Assembly (NCBI RefSeq): GCF_037042905.1
Contig: NC_087251.1
Location: forward strand, 30,754,001 to 30,818,000
Direction of reading: 5' to 3'
Length of the DNA: 64,000 bases
Source of the DNA: Lytechinus pictus
Taxonomy: Eukaryota
Shown: positions 41,791-55,400 of the stretch, piece after piece
Position numbering within the stretch: the stretch's first letter is position 1
How the letters are laid out: each line of letters begins with the position of its first letter
Translations under genes and position numbers: made by a program
The notes under the pieces: model-generated
What the model was told of the DNA's origin: nothing
The model's input: the letters and a program-made list of their open reading frames with translations, nothing else
Database searches by the model: none

Positions 41791-42917
41791 GAAAGCTTTC
41801 TCTAAAATGTCTTTGTAGAACCCAGACAGTCCCCCCAAATTTCAACCATATCATCTCCAAGTTTCCTTCTCTCAGAATAAAGATCTTATCATAATGTCTA
41901 TCTGAAAGAAATGTTCTAACAAAACATAACTACGATTTAAATAACACGTAAATTGTCTTATCAGATCACTGTATGAAATTGACTCAAAGCATTACAGATT
42001 TTACTCTTGACTCTATAAGGACTGGGGTGCAGGGGGGGGGGGGGGCATGATGGCCCCCGCAACATTTTGGGCCATTTTTATGAAACACACAGAGATAAGG
42101 CAGCAAGATTTTAAGTCTTTTCTCTTTGAAGACTCACAAACTTATGAGACTAAATTTGCTATGTATTTGTATACCATCCCCGAAGCCACATGACTTGTCA
42201 TGACACCATGTCATGTAAAAAAATAAAATGACTCATTTTGTGAAGTGTGTACCAACTCAATGGAAGGCTGAGATCATAAAGTGATTATTTTTCATACTGA
42301 TTGGCTGCCTTAATTGAATAAGGGTAGATTTTGGTTGCTGAATACATACATTCTAATGATTTTCTTTGAAAAAAAGAAGAAGTAAAAACAAAAGAAGACA
42401 ACAGCCAACAGAAAGGGGGAGGGATAATGCACCCCCCCCCCCCTCTGTCCATTAAATCTCCAACATAGCTCGGTCCTTTTTTAGGATCAACTCTAGTAGG
42501 ACAAGAGGTAAAGTAATATACTTCAATCTATGCAAGTGTTTAATTGCTAAAAAATCCATACTCCTGACAAAGGTCTTAACATTATAACTGCCCCCTAATT
42601 GCCTTTTAAAGACTATTTGGACAAACTTTGCTTAATTCACTGTAAGAGGTTTCACAGATGGCAGGCTTGGAAGTGTATCAACACATTGATGCGATGCAAC
42701 ATAATACAATTATAATAAGTCATTCCCTTTAAGCGATTCTGTTGTGTACTTGTCCATAAGGTGCAAGGAAGGTTGTTCCGGCGAAAATAATCACAAATCT
42801 TCTCAATAGGCAGTGATGAAAAAAAACACAGACAACTAACAATATGCACACACAGAGCCCAAAACATCAATGTTAATAGTTCATGAAGTCTATGGATCAA
42901 TGTTCAGTCTATTAATC

Positions 42918-43216
42918 TGGTCCAGTCTTCAGTGATGACCAGTAATGTTCCTGGTCCAGTGGTCAGTGATGACCAGTTGCACTCCTGGTCCAGTGGTCAG
43001 TGATGATCATTGCAGTAATGCTCCTGGTCAAGTGGTGAGCGATGACCAGCTGCGCTCCTCGTCAAGTGATCAGTGATGATCAGTAATACTCCTGGGCAAG
43101 TGGACAGCTATGACCAGTTATGCTCCTGAACCAGTGCTCAAGCAATGACCAGTCATGCGCCTGGCCCAGTGGTCAGTGATGACCAGACCAACGGGTCAAG
43201 AGTAGTGAGGATGACT
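42918..43216. repeat. ~34-bp minisatellite (8-9 units) in the Pellino 3' UTR
   Basis: Consensus TGGTCCAGTGGTCAGTGATGACCAGTnATGCTCC. Confidence 0.9.
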
Positions 43217-43319
43217 TAGGCTATGACCCATATCAAATCATCCACAGATTCAACATGTACAATAGTTTATAAGCTTTGAGTAGAAGCAGTTCAGGCCAAT
43301 GTCCAATGATTGACATGGT

Positions 43320-43446
43320 CTAATCAATGGCTTCTTGGAAGATGAGTTTGATGTAACCTTGGTCTCCACTAAGAGCTGTGGCACAGAACGGGCAGGCAGC
43401 CTGGAATGCATGGGTTCCATGAGGCAATGGCACTTGAGACCAGTAT
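43320..43446 (-). CDS. PELI: Pellino last coding exon
   Basis: YWSQVPLPHGTHAFQAACPFCATALSGDQGYIKLIFQEAID*. Confidence 0.95.
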
Positions 43447-46400
43447 CTAGAATGAGAAGCATAAAAATAAATTAGGATTATAACAAATAGTGAGACGTAG
43501 GACTCCTCTACGTTATCTGTACCACCATGTAACTATCAAAGATCATCATAAATGGAAATACGATAAAAATTGTATATATTACCTCTCCTGAAAATATTCA
43601 TGAATTTGCATTCCCATGAGGAAGAGTTATCATTTTTTTAATGTTAAAGATAACATAACTGTAAAGGTGCATTGTCACAATAAGGATAAAATTATTATTT
43701 CTGTATGCATATGTTCACAGAACCTCAAGAATTATATCAAACGTTCAGCTGAAATGAATGATTTTTTTTAAATTGATATATGGAATACACAATTAATGTT
43801 TATTCATCATTATCAATGCATACGGGGCACATACTCTCCCCATTGTGAAGCGTAGACTTCCATACATAATGGAGCTAGTGCTCTTTTAATTAATTTGTTC
43901 ATCTTTTTACCAACATGCAGTAATGCTAGTTGGAAAGGATTTTATTCAAGTTCAGAACTGAACATCATACAGTGTTGCTTTCTTCCCAATGATTGTCATG
44001 TAATTCATTGTTTTCAATCAATAAAATAAAAAAGGGGGATTTAAAAACATCTCAAAGAGCCTCCATTTTTCTCTTCATAATACCCTTTTCTCATAATAAA
44101 TGTTGTGGAGACGATGATAAATAGGAGAGCCTCTATTTTCCCCCATCATTTTTTCTACCTACTATGTGAATTTTGTGGAGTAAAAGGTAAAAGACAGTAG
44201 TTGCAGCAAACAATTATTTCATGAGAAAGTCCTTTAAATCAAGTTCAATCATCAAAATATTATCATACATGTAGATCTGGTACATTGAAAAGAACTTATT
44301 TTTGTGAAATCATGAAATTTTAAGCTTAAAATCAATAATTCTGATGATCACTGACACAAAAAGGCAGATGTGGGACAGTGTATTAATATTGCTTGGAAAA
44401 ATACCTGACATTTGATGGAATTTTGTGCTTATTTTGCTCATTTCTGAGCAATTACGCATTTTCTTCCAGAGCTACTTGGAACATATTTTTTTATTTATAC
44501 ATACAAACACTTTGGTGGTAATTTCATTGGAGTCTGTTTGAACTAATTTTGAGATCGTTACCACAACTGGTATTTATCTTTAAATGAGAAACAGGAGACT
44601 AGAATAATACTTACTTCGCAGACTTTTCAGAGCACACATGTCCACATGGACAGAAGGCATGGCTAGGAGGGCCCTGGTCAACATAGAAACTCGCTTCATT
44701 ACCCATTATAAGAGCCTCATATGTACCAACCTAGGGTAAGAATGAAATAGCAAAGATTACAGGAGTTTAAACCGAGACCATGTATATCAAACAGATGGGT
44801 CTTTTGGTACAGTGGTTGGAGCATTGAACTCCGGATTGAGAAGTTGTGAGTTTGAATCCATGCTCGGCCATTATCTACATGTTAACCAAAAATGGCCCGA
44901 GAGTAATTTCTGTTGTCTATGAGGTCAGCCACTATGACTGATTGACTTAGACGTAAAAGGCTTCCTATGTAATTGACTATATCAGCTTTGTGTTAGGTGG
45001 CAGAAAGCTGTGCTGCCACATTCCCATGGGAGATACTTCAACAGACACAGAAACCCAAATGGCTCAAATTCACAAAAGTTGTTTCCATTGATACTAGGGT
45101 ATATGGTGCAGAATTTGTATAGTAAGTAAGCTTAATTTAGATGATAGCACTGAGAAAGAACAACAATGAACACTTTGTTTTGCCAAAGGGTGCTGTTCTC
45201 ATGCTGGTTACTATGTTTTATTCAACTCAAACTAAATAAACAGTCTCAATCCAATCTACCTGGTTTGAATTTAGCACCTTTTGCCAATCAAACGTTAACA
45301 TTCAAGTGGGGGGGATGGGGGGCAGTATTTCTCGAAAAATTCTTACCTCTCTACACATCGGACACATTCTTTCTGTATTCTTCAACGTATCAATGCTGTT
45401 CCATACATGATATCCATGGACATGGCCACATTTTAAATATGCATAGGGTTGCTTCTCCTCCATAACCTGTAATATTCAATGAAAAGACATGATATAAAAA
45501 ACAGAGTTTGCACTTAATTACCCAATGGGGTATAATGTAATGTAATGTAGTTTGAGAATAAATGTGGTATCACACAGATAGGTAATCTTTTCACTGAGCA
45601 TTATTTATTCTTCCATTAGCTTCCACCTGTGCCAATGAAAGTAGAAAATAAAACACAGGGTTGGTATAAATAAATGTTAAGTAACTTTCTTTTAAGAAAG
45701 ATATATCTTTAACTGTCATGATAACGTATCTAAAAAATTATATATGCTACAAACACTGCTTCATAAAGTGTTTGTGTGTGCATGTATATGACATCTAATC
45801 TTATCCAAAATCCTACATTTCATCATAAATCAAACCATTGTTCATGTCTTATACTACTTTTTAAAAAATCTTACTTCTGCCTTGAAAAGAAAGAAACAAA
45901 AGATGGAATTCCAAAGTTGTTGTTTCTTTTCTACCAAAAAATATAATGTAGCTTACCTTAGAAGACTGTCTATTTTTTGGTAAGACTAATGTATTAAAGC
46001 CTATAGGACACTGTGGCCTTGTGTCGTTAATGTCTTGACGTAGCCTCTCTAAATGTCTCTGTGTCTGAAAGAAGGAGAGAAAATAGATGTTATGAATATT
46101 TGAAGTCATTCTGAAGTTTGAGTAGAATTACAATCTTTCTTTGGTGCAAGATAAATCACCTGTGAATAAAACTGGAGCATACAAGTCTACATAATATAAG
46201 TTGCTAAAAATCAACATTGCCAAGCATACAAAGCGAAAGATGGAAAAATACCCCCCCCCCCCCTTGAACACATTTATAGAAAATATACCCTCTTGTAATA
46301 CATCAAGCTGTTGATAGTAAACCTGTGTTTTAATATAATGTACTTATACAGATAATATGCAAAAAATGATGTTTGAAATTACATAGAGAAACCAAAATGC

Positions 46401-49400
46401 ATGCTGCCTTTATCCTTTGACCTGCAGACTCCTAAATCAAATTTGCCCTACATAGTGTGGTGTGTAATGTACCTACAATCCAATATTTTTTTAGTAATCG
46501 CACAAAATTCGAGGAAGGTGTACGGAGGGGCAGATGAACAGACAGACTAGACTGACAACAGACAAGTCAGACTTATTATCTCCAGGGCATAAAAACCAAC
46601 ATTGCTACCATATTAGCCCCCAAAGGCCATCTGCAGGCAATTTTCATATTGATTATCAGAAAACACACAATGTTCCTTCATTTGATTAGATGAGTGCATC
46701 CAGTGAATTGTGAGATATTAAGTAAAATCAAACATTTGTTCTCTTGGACATGATATTTGCCTAACCCCTTTTGACAGGCAATTTAACAACCTGTCTGTAC
46801 ATGCAGGTTTGATATCTCATGCTTCCGGGAGGGAAGAGGTCACTGTGTGTTGGGGGATAAGAGATTAGACTGTACCATTTTAGGAAAATATGATGATGTT
46901 GCTGGCAACATATTTCATGTAAAACAAACACTCATTCCATGTCCCCCCCCCCCCGGACAATTATGAATACAAAATGACTTGAATTTACTGTAGAAATCAA
47001 AATAAGAATAGAAAACAACCTGTACTATCCCCATGAGACAAAACAAACAAAATAAAATAAAAAGTAAACTGACCAAGGGCTGGAAATGATCTAACTCAGA
47101 TTCATCATCATTTTTCTACAAAAATGGATAAGGATGAATATTTCTACACTATCAAGAGAAAAAATCAACAAATTTTGTGAACCCCCCGATCTTTGGCAGT
47201 ACATGGCTCTGGTAGGAAGGATAAACTCATGATACTTACTGGAGTATTGACGAGTCCCATAGCCGATCGCCATAGTAACGTTGCACCACACAAATCAACT
47301 AACGTACCATCCTCCAGTATATTGTCTTCATCTTCAATCTATAAAAGAAATTAAGCATTTATAAGGCTCACATGAAAATAAAAAACTACAAGTTTGTTTC
47401 AAAGATATATTTATACCATGATTTAATGGTAATTTTGGTATACACATTGAAATAATATGCTTACATATATAACAATGCTCTGGGAGAGGAAAATAAAAAA
47501 GACAAAAATACAAGCAAAGCATACAAAGCATAGGATACAGAGTACTGCAGCTATCCCCAAGGTCTAATCAGTGGTTAACAACAGTCAAGTAGACTGAGTT
47601 GCATAATACATGTATATTATGAAGGAAATCATTCATTTCAAAATCTTTTAGAAAGCAATAAAACAACAGTTTGAATCATAATAATTCTGCTCATTATCTA
47701 TAAATAACTGACTTCTCATTTCAAGTTGTATCAATCTGAATCAGCCTATAATGAGAACTATTTCCATATAATTAAATTGGCTACAAAAGAATCATATAAA
47801 CCCTATGCTACTTTTAAGAAGAAAAATAACTTCAATTATTGTAGTGAAAGTTTTCTTCCATTTAGAATTCATGAACAAAAGTTGACCTAGTAACTACACC
47901 AAATTGTACAATTACACAGATTTATCTACAAAGATCCCCCACTAACGGTCAAGATAATATCAGTTGAACTTAAAGACCAAATAAATAATCATATTCATAT
48001 AAACTGAATGGTTTATGATGAGACTCAATACAAATATTCCATTCCCATATTTCTCAATTAAAGATCTTAGATAAACTACTGTATAATTCAGACTAAAAAA
48101 AACTTGTAGTAAGGTCTATATGAATGTATCTCCTGTCACTGCATTGTGATAAATCAAGATGATTCACTCTACAGTAACATTCTAAAACTTGTTAGTTTGT
48201 TCAAAATGATTAGTATCCATATATATATATATATATCAGGCCTTCATATTGTACACTGGTTTATTGAGACAATGTATTGTTAGACTGGCATATTCCCATG
48301 CACCAAACCACATCCTAATGATGCAAACCCGAATTCCTGTTGCCAACATGTCATTTTCTGTTTTTGACATGGTGATTTGAATTACTTGTAATTGATAGTG
48401 AAATCCAGGATGAAAGAGAATGGTCCAAGGGAGACCTGTCACTACATGCTCATACAATTTATAATGAAATAGAAATGCATTCCCAGTAATTAATGTGTTT
48501 GTATAAAAAAACGTTAGACAAACAAAACAAACAATGGGTAGTCATCATAGGGAAATTCTAATTTCCATCTGGGAAAAAATGTGCTTTGGCCCAGATGTGA
48601 GTTTCTTTAATCCATCATTATCATTCATTTACTCTTGTTGTAGTCGAATATATAGACTACATGTACATACTATTACATAGGGTGGGGAAGGAAGGCAGAC
48701 ATCATTGCCATGGTAACAACTTTTTAGGTGAAATTTTAGATATTCTTGTGGATTCCCTCCAAACTTCATTTTGATCAAGATACCCCCCCCCCCCCCCGAA
48801 AAAAAAGGGATGCATACATGTACAAACAAGTATATATAGTTCAAGCTTATAAGGAAAAGGTCCTTGAATCATGGAGAAATTCATATGAAAATTCATTTTG
48901 ATTTTTTTTTTTGGGGGGGTGCTATCCCCATCCCCTCCAAATACCACGTCAGTGACTAAATTCACAATATCTACCCACACTTTGTATTTCAAGGATAAAT
49001 GCAACAACAAAAAATCATGAAGGCCGTTTTTGACTAGAGGTAACCTTCAATCAGGGATTCCCTGTTTTAATGCTACTGCTGCACTGGTTGCAAATTGCTC
49101 ACAATGCTATTCAATGGGATACTACATGACATGTATAATATACCCCATCTTACTGACGTGCACCTCAACATGTATGGGGGTTAGGCAAGGCAGAATTGCT
49201 GAGACTGAGGCTTGATTACAAAAACGCATGCTAAGTGCCCATTATAGAGAACATAGTGAGGGCGTAAGGGGGCACACAAGTGAGTTCCAACGATGTCAGA
49301 TTTGACAAAAAACCTTTATACCTACAGTATGAAACTATTCCCTTAAGACCCTATGACAGACATGCAACAGATTATATCCACATTACCAAATTAAGAACAT

Positions 49401-52400
49401 TTATTATTAACAGAAAGTGCATAAATGATGAATATCTAATGAGAGAAAACACTGCCATAATGTTCCTAAAGATACATGCATCCAAGTGGATTGAATCTAA
49501 TTTTGAATAACACGGTGGAATATTATTACAAGATATGTGAAAATTAAAGAAAAACAAGAATCCCACAAAAAATAGCAGTATAGAATTGAGGGAAGAAGGA
49601 AAGAAAATCCCATAACAACATGTAATGATGTGATTTTTCTCTAAACCTGTATTGTATTCAAAACTTTTCAGAGGTCAATCCTGGTGTGTGTTTTCTTGCC
49701 CTAGGATTAGAACAGTGTTGAGTGCTTTCCCACTCTCGTTCTGAGTCATTAATTTCTCTTGAAAATAATCATTTTCTTTCTCATTTCTACAGCAATATCT
49801 CACTCACTGATCCTGAAAACCAAGAAATGTTGACACTTTTCTTAAATTCCTCTAAGGGACATACATGTACCAATTCCCCTTTACATCATTAACAGATATT
49901 TTCAAGGAAATTGGTACAAAATGTCACCAAGGGTCAAATCTTTCTCCCCAATAGAGACTACTCCTACTAGAGACAGCTAACAGAAATGTAATATTGTAAG
50001 ATATTGAAATTAAATTTCAATTTCTTCCAAAATAAGAGACATATGCCCTATAGCATTTATAAGCCAATCTAAACCTAGATTCTCATATTTAGAGCTACAT
50101 GTTCATTGTTTTCTAGTACCAGCATGAAAATCTAGAAGGTATTGTATAAAAGAAACAAGGATTTCCAAAGAATGAGACCAAGGATAAAACTTTCTTGTAA
50201 AGACTGCTAATAAAAAACAGCACATTGTTACTATTATTAACAAATCAAAATAACTGCCTTATTTCAGATCTGCAATGATCTAGAAATGATTTGAACCATA
50301 AAAGGAAGCTATACATGAATTGTCCAGCATTATACCTAGACTGCTAATATAGTTTGTTGATCCTTTAAAACCCGGGTAGCAATATTTTGATCATGTAGTC
50401 TTGTAAATATACGTATTTCCACAAAAATAATAAACTATTTCCCACAATTCTTTACAACATTTATTCATACCACAATGTTTGCCAAGAACAAACATGTATA
50501 CAGTATTATTCCAAGCAATCCTAATTTTCATTGGCTATCATGTTTTTTTTTCTAAACCAAATTTCACAATTTATCTCTTAGTGGGCCATATTTTTCATGA
50601 ATTCTGTAATCTGATTGGTTGATTTGTTTGTGAGACAAACCCATATTTGCCTATTTTACTGGGTCACAAAGATCAAACAGGAAATATGAGCCCGTATTAC
50701 CTGTTTGGTGTTAAGCTGTTGTTGTTTTAATGTTGTTTTCATTGTTACGCCACTAACGCGCATGCCCAGTGCTGAGTTCAACCATGTAATATGAGGCCGT
50801 ATTACGTGCGTATTCAAGCATCGCACTGCGCACTACTATTTGTGCATCAATTTCAATGGCAAAAGGCGCATTCTTTTTACTGTGATCATTGTGATGTCAT
50901 GAATGACTTCCTTTCAAATTTCACTCTCAACATATGTACATGGTTTTGCAATTTGTTAAAGTTCTATTTTATTGATTTCCCCTATTCTGCAATATTATAA
51001 GGAGATACTTAAAGAGATAAAATCGTTACACCCTGCTTGTTCTACGAAATAGGGAAATATCTACATTCTATTTCCATATTCCACTCGGCCTCTGGCCTCA
51101 TGGAATATGGAACCAAAACGTAGATATTTCCTGTATTACGTTATACAAGCAGGGTGTAACTAATAATATTTCTGATTGTTTTATGAAAGTGAACCAGGTT
51201 TATCTTGATCCATGGCCATCAAAGGCCATGGCCGTGGATGCCTCATTAACTGCCATTGATGCCCCGTTCAATGCCCTTGGAGATGTGCTGTGCCCTTTAT
51301 TATTTGTCCCATTGTGGGGGCGTCATGGTCTAGTGGTTAAGACTGTCGTCTTTCAATCTGAAGGACATGGGTTTGATTCCAAGCCATGGTGTGTTTTCCT
51401 TCAGCAAGAAATTTACCCACATTGTGCTGCACTCGAGACAGGTGAGGTAAATGGGTACCGACAGGAAGCAATTCCTTAAAAATGCTGTCCGCACCGGAAT
51501 CGGTAGACTAGCTTAGCCGGGGTAATATAGGAGCGCCTTGAGCACCTAGCAAGGTGGATACGTGCGCTATACAAATCCTATATTATTATTATTTAAACTA
51601 CAATGGCGAAGTGGCTTTGCCCTACGAATATCAAACTTGAAGGCCTGAGGGTGTATACTGTAAATACTATCCTAATCCGAGTTGGCCTGTGGCAAGAGAT
51701 TCACAGCGAGCAAGGGAGAGTTCTATTCTCAGAGTTCAGTTCCCCTTTAAATCTGACTACAAGCTAGTCACACATGTCTATATCAATTTCCACTATGGAC
51801 CATGAGGAAATGGCAAGGTATTTTTAATTGGTGAGGTACCCCACCTATCAAGCTCAAGTCAAATGGAGCACCTCGATAATTCTTTAAGGCATGTCTTGTT
51901 TTTGTGTGGAAAGGAAATGTGAAAGGAAGAGGGATCAAATCATCTGAACATTTAAATCACATCATATGAACTTGTGAACTTATTCTCAGAGTTGGTCTGA
52001 AGAATACTTTGTATGTGATATACCGAGACCCTTCACTCTGGCTAATTAGCACACACAAACCATGGAATAATTAAACCACCCTATAGAGCCCTAGATAACT
52101 CTAAAAGTTTACTTGTTAGAACAAAACCTTTTCACACACTGTAACTAGAAACTTATGAACTTATTCTCAGAGTTGGTCTGAAGAATACTTTGTATGTGAT
52201 ATACCGAGACCCTTCACTCTGGCTAATTAGCACACACAAACCATGAAATAATTAAACCACCCTATAGAGCCCTAGATAACTCTAAAAGTTTACTTGTTAG
52301 AACAAAAACTTTTCACACACTGTAACTAGAAACCTCGGGGGCCATTTCATGAAGCTGTTGGTGACAAGTTATTAATAACTTTTCAACTTAACAGCTGATG

Positions 52401-55400
52401 GGAATAACAATAATGTAGAAACGGGGTCCTGTCTCATAGAGACTAGTTAAAATAACAAATGCACGAACTAGTTTACTGAATGGAAGGATTTCAATAGCTG
52501 TACTCTGTTATAATGTGAATTACAACAAGTTTTACGAAACAGCCCCTTCGAAGCATACCCTAAAAGAGTCGTTAAAATGTTTGTAAAAAATAGATGCGAG
52601 GTTTGCTAGATTTTTTAAAAACTACAGAAATGATAGAAACATGAATGGGAATGAGAGATTGAAATATTTTCTTACCAGTTTGCCTCTTTGAGGTGATGAT
52701 CTTGTTTCCCTGAGTGAGTATACATTGCCACATACTGATACTTCCCTCCATACCCCGGGTGTTGCATCGGATTGAAAACCTCCTTTCGGTCTCATGATGA
52801 GCACACCATTGGTTGTTAACCCATCCATTCCAGACTCGGTTTTCCATTTGCATGCTTTCTCCTGGAATAAACACAATAAGAGAGGGGAGGATTGGACTCG
52901 ATGAAATTTGTAGTTTGATACGGGTGATTTAAAGAGTTAACTTCTTCTGGATAACCTATGTCTTAACTTTTTCAAACATTCAGTAGTTCATTAGTTCATT
53001 AGTAGGTGCAGGAATTCCAATGGAAAATACAAGATAGAGCCCACCACTCCCTTTGCTTCTCCTCCATTTGCCCCCCCCCCCTCTTCTCCCCCTCCCCTCC
53101 TCACTGTTCCAATCTCTATCTCTTTTACCATCCCCCTCTTGACGTCTACTCTCAAATGTAGGCAAAAATCATAGAAATGTCAAATAAAAACTGTAAGATT
53201 CAGATAAAAAAGATATTCATTGTTCAACTGAACAGGAAATTAATATACTACCAGCAGAAGGATTATATCTCTATCACAACATTCTGATACCATCAAACTT
53301 GACATTGTACACCTTTAGACCCAGGCTTGATCAGTCATTGGGTACAAGCATGCTGACAAACAGATTACAGTTTTATTTTATCACATAAATATTTTCTTCC
53401 CATAAGAGACTTCCATATTGCAAAATATTTCTTCGAACTCCTGCAGATATCACTTCCTCCAAGTGAAGGCATGGATATATTCTTTCCTGAAATTTATATC
53501 CCACTCTGCATATAATCATAGAGGCACTACTCGTAGCCACAAGCACCCATGGTTTAATGTTCTCATATATTCAAGATTTCATCAAAATTCAATTTCCTTC
53601 CTTCCCTGTTATAGACGTCCTTCCAGGTTCATTTTGCCATTGGTGTTATGTTAATACCATCACCACACAGGGTGATCTCTGGGCCCCGTCTTACAAAGAG
53701 TTACGATTGATCCAATCAATCGTAACTCTATGGAAATCCATCAGTGTCATAATTTTTTCTACAGGAAATGTGCAAAATGTCCTTTGTAAACAAAGGAGAA
53801 CACACCAAACTGTCAAGAAATCAATTAATTTATGGATATACATTCATCTAAGAAAATTTTTTGAGCAAACATGCATTTCATACGTTGACTTTGATGGCTT
53901 TCTATAGTTGCGATTGATCGAATCAATCGCAAGTCTTTGTAAGACGGGCCTCAGGTTTATTCCTATACATGGGAAATATATGTTTTTCTTGAAAGTTCTT
54001 CTTCATGAGCTCATCAGCACAAATTTTCTATTTTATATACATTGGACCCTTTGTGAATTTAAAAGGTTCCTTTTTAAACATTTTCAATGGCTTTCTAAGG
54101 GCATTTTGGGGACAAATTCTCTGACCCCCCCATGTAACCCTAACCCCCCTCTCGATTCTTAACAATCAAAGAAAATGGTTTGATATATTTACACTTGTAA
54201 CATCTATCAGTTTCTTAAACTCTCCATCCACAGAGCACAATTTCTTACGATATACAGTTGTGATTATGTATAACAGTTCCATTTTCATATTAAAGTTGAT
54301 TGATAAAGAACGTTAATTTTTCTTTGTTTTTTTTTTACATCTAACATTCTCTTGGAAAACACTATAATTTTCAAATTATCCTCTTGTACCAAAGGATTCA
54401 AATAAGGAAGACCGGTAACAGTCTCATCAAGAAAAATGTGTGAAACAAAGGCTAAACTAGCTAGAGAGGGAATTCCTATACAGATCATTCCTACATGTAT
54501 ACAGTTCAGTCAGTGGTATAAGAAGTAAATATTGACGAAACTGAACAGCCTTGAGGTAAATCCACTGACATTACATGACCTACATAACGTACCCGCAGCC
54601 GTACGATTGAAGATGAATGCAAAATTTCAAAGAGAATCTAATTCGCGATGGTGTGTTTCATTTTCTGGAGGATGAAATATGAAGGGTTGAGGTCAACAAA
54701 CTTTCTCCAGTGTTATAAAAAGACACAATCTAAGATGCATTACTTTGTCTCATACACTTTAAAAATCTGCCCTACAATGTATGCAACTATATTTGAAGTA
54801 AACCGATGAACAATTTTTTTCAGAAAACCACTCTTGTGAAAAAAGGCCAAAATAGGTTTTATAGGTTTGTGCACTATAATTTGAGCAAAAGTATAACAAA
54901 TAATAGAGCTTTTGTCCTTTTCCATACTCGTGTGAAATGAATTCATCCAAGTCCAAAAATTTTGAGAGCAACAACAAACTGGATATTATATGTGTGTCAA
55001 TTTTTTTGGATCATTATCAAATTTTGTCATTGTCATCATTGTTTCTTCGGCCTAAATGTAATTTTAAAAAAAATTGCATTTCAAAACATCCCATTGAAAG
55101 AGTGCAACAGATCATTAAACTTATTTGTTTCTGATTTAAAAAGATCTATGAAGCACCATTTTCTCAAATAATTGAAGGTAATTTCACCTTAACATTAATT
55201 ATATAATCAGACACATTATTTTATACAAACTTTGATGAAACATACATATTCAAATCATTATCATAAACAATGTCATTGATTAACTGATCACATGATGCAT
55301 CACAAAATTTTTACATTAAAATTAGGATAACTGTTATTCCTTGATGGAATTTACCAAACAATCTTCATTAAAATATTCACCATATTTTACTGCTTTTATC

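Noticed and set aside
42930..43135. C/D-box snoRNA (repeated GTGATGA with a CTGA)
   Set aside because: Motifs come from the minisatellite, lie antisense to the host transcript and lack a terminal stem.
43230..43322. Pellino stop-codon read-through
   Set aside because: TAG-A context is not a typical read-through signal; the extension closes after 28 unremarkable codons.
51316..51395. tRNA gene
   Set aside because: Cloverleaf is degenerate and continues into a SINE body and tail.
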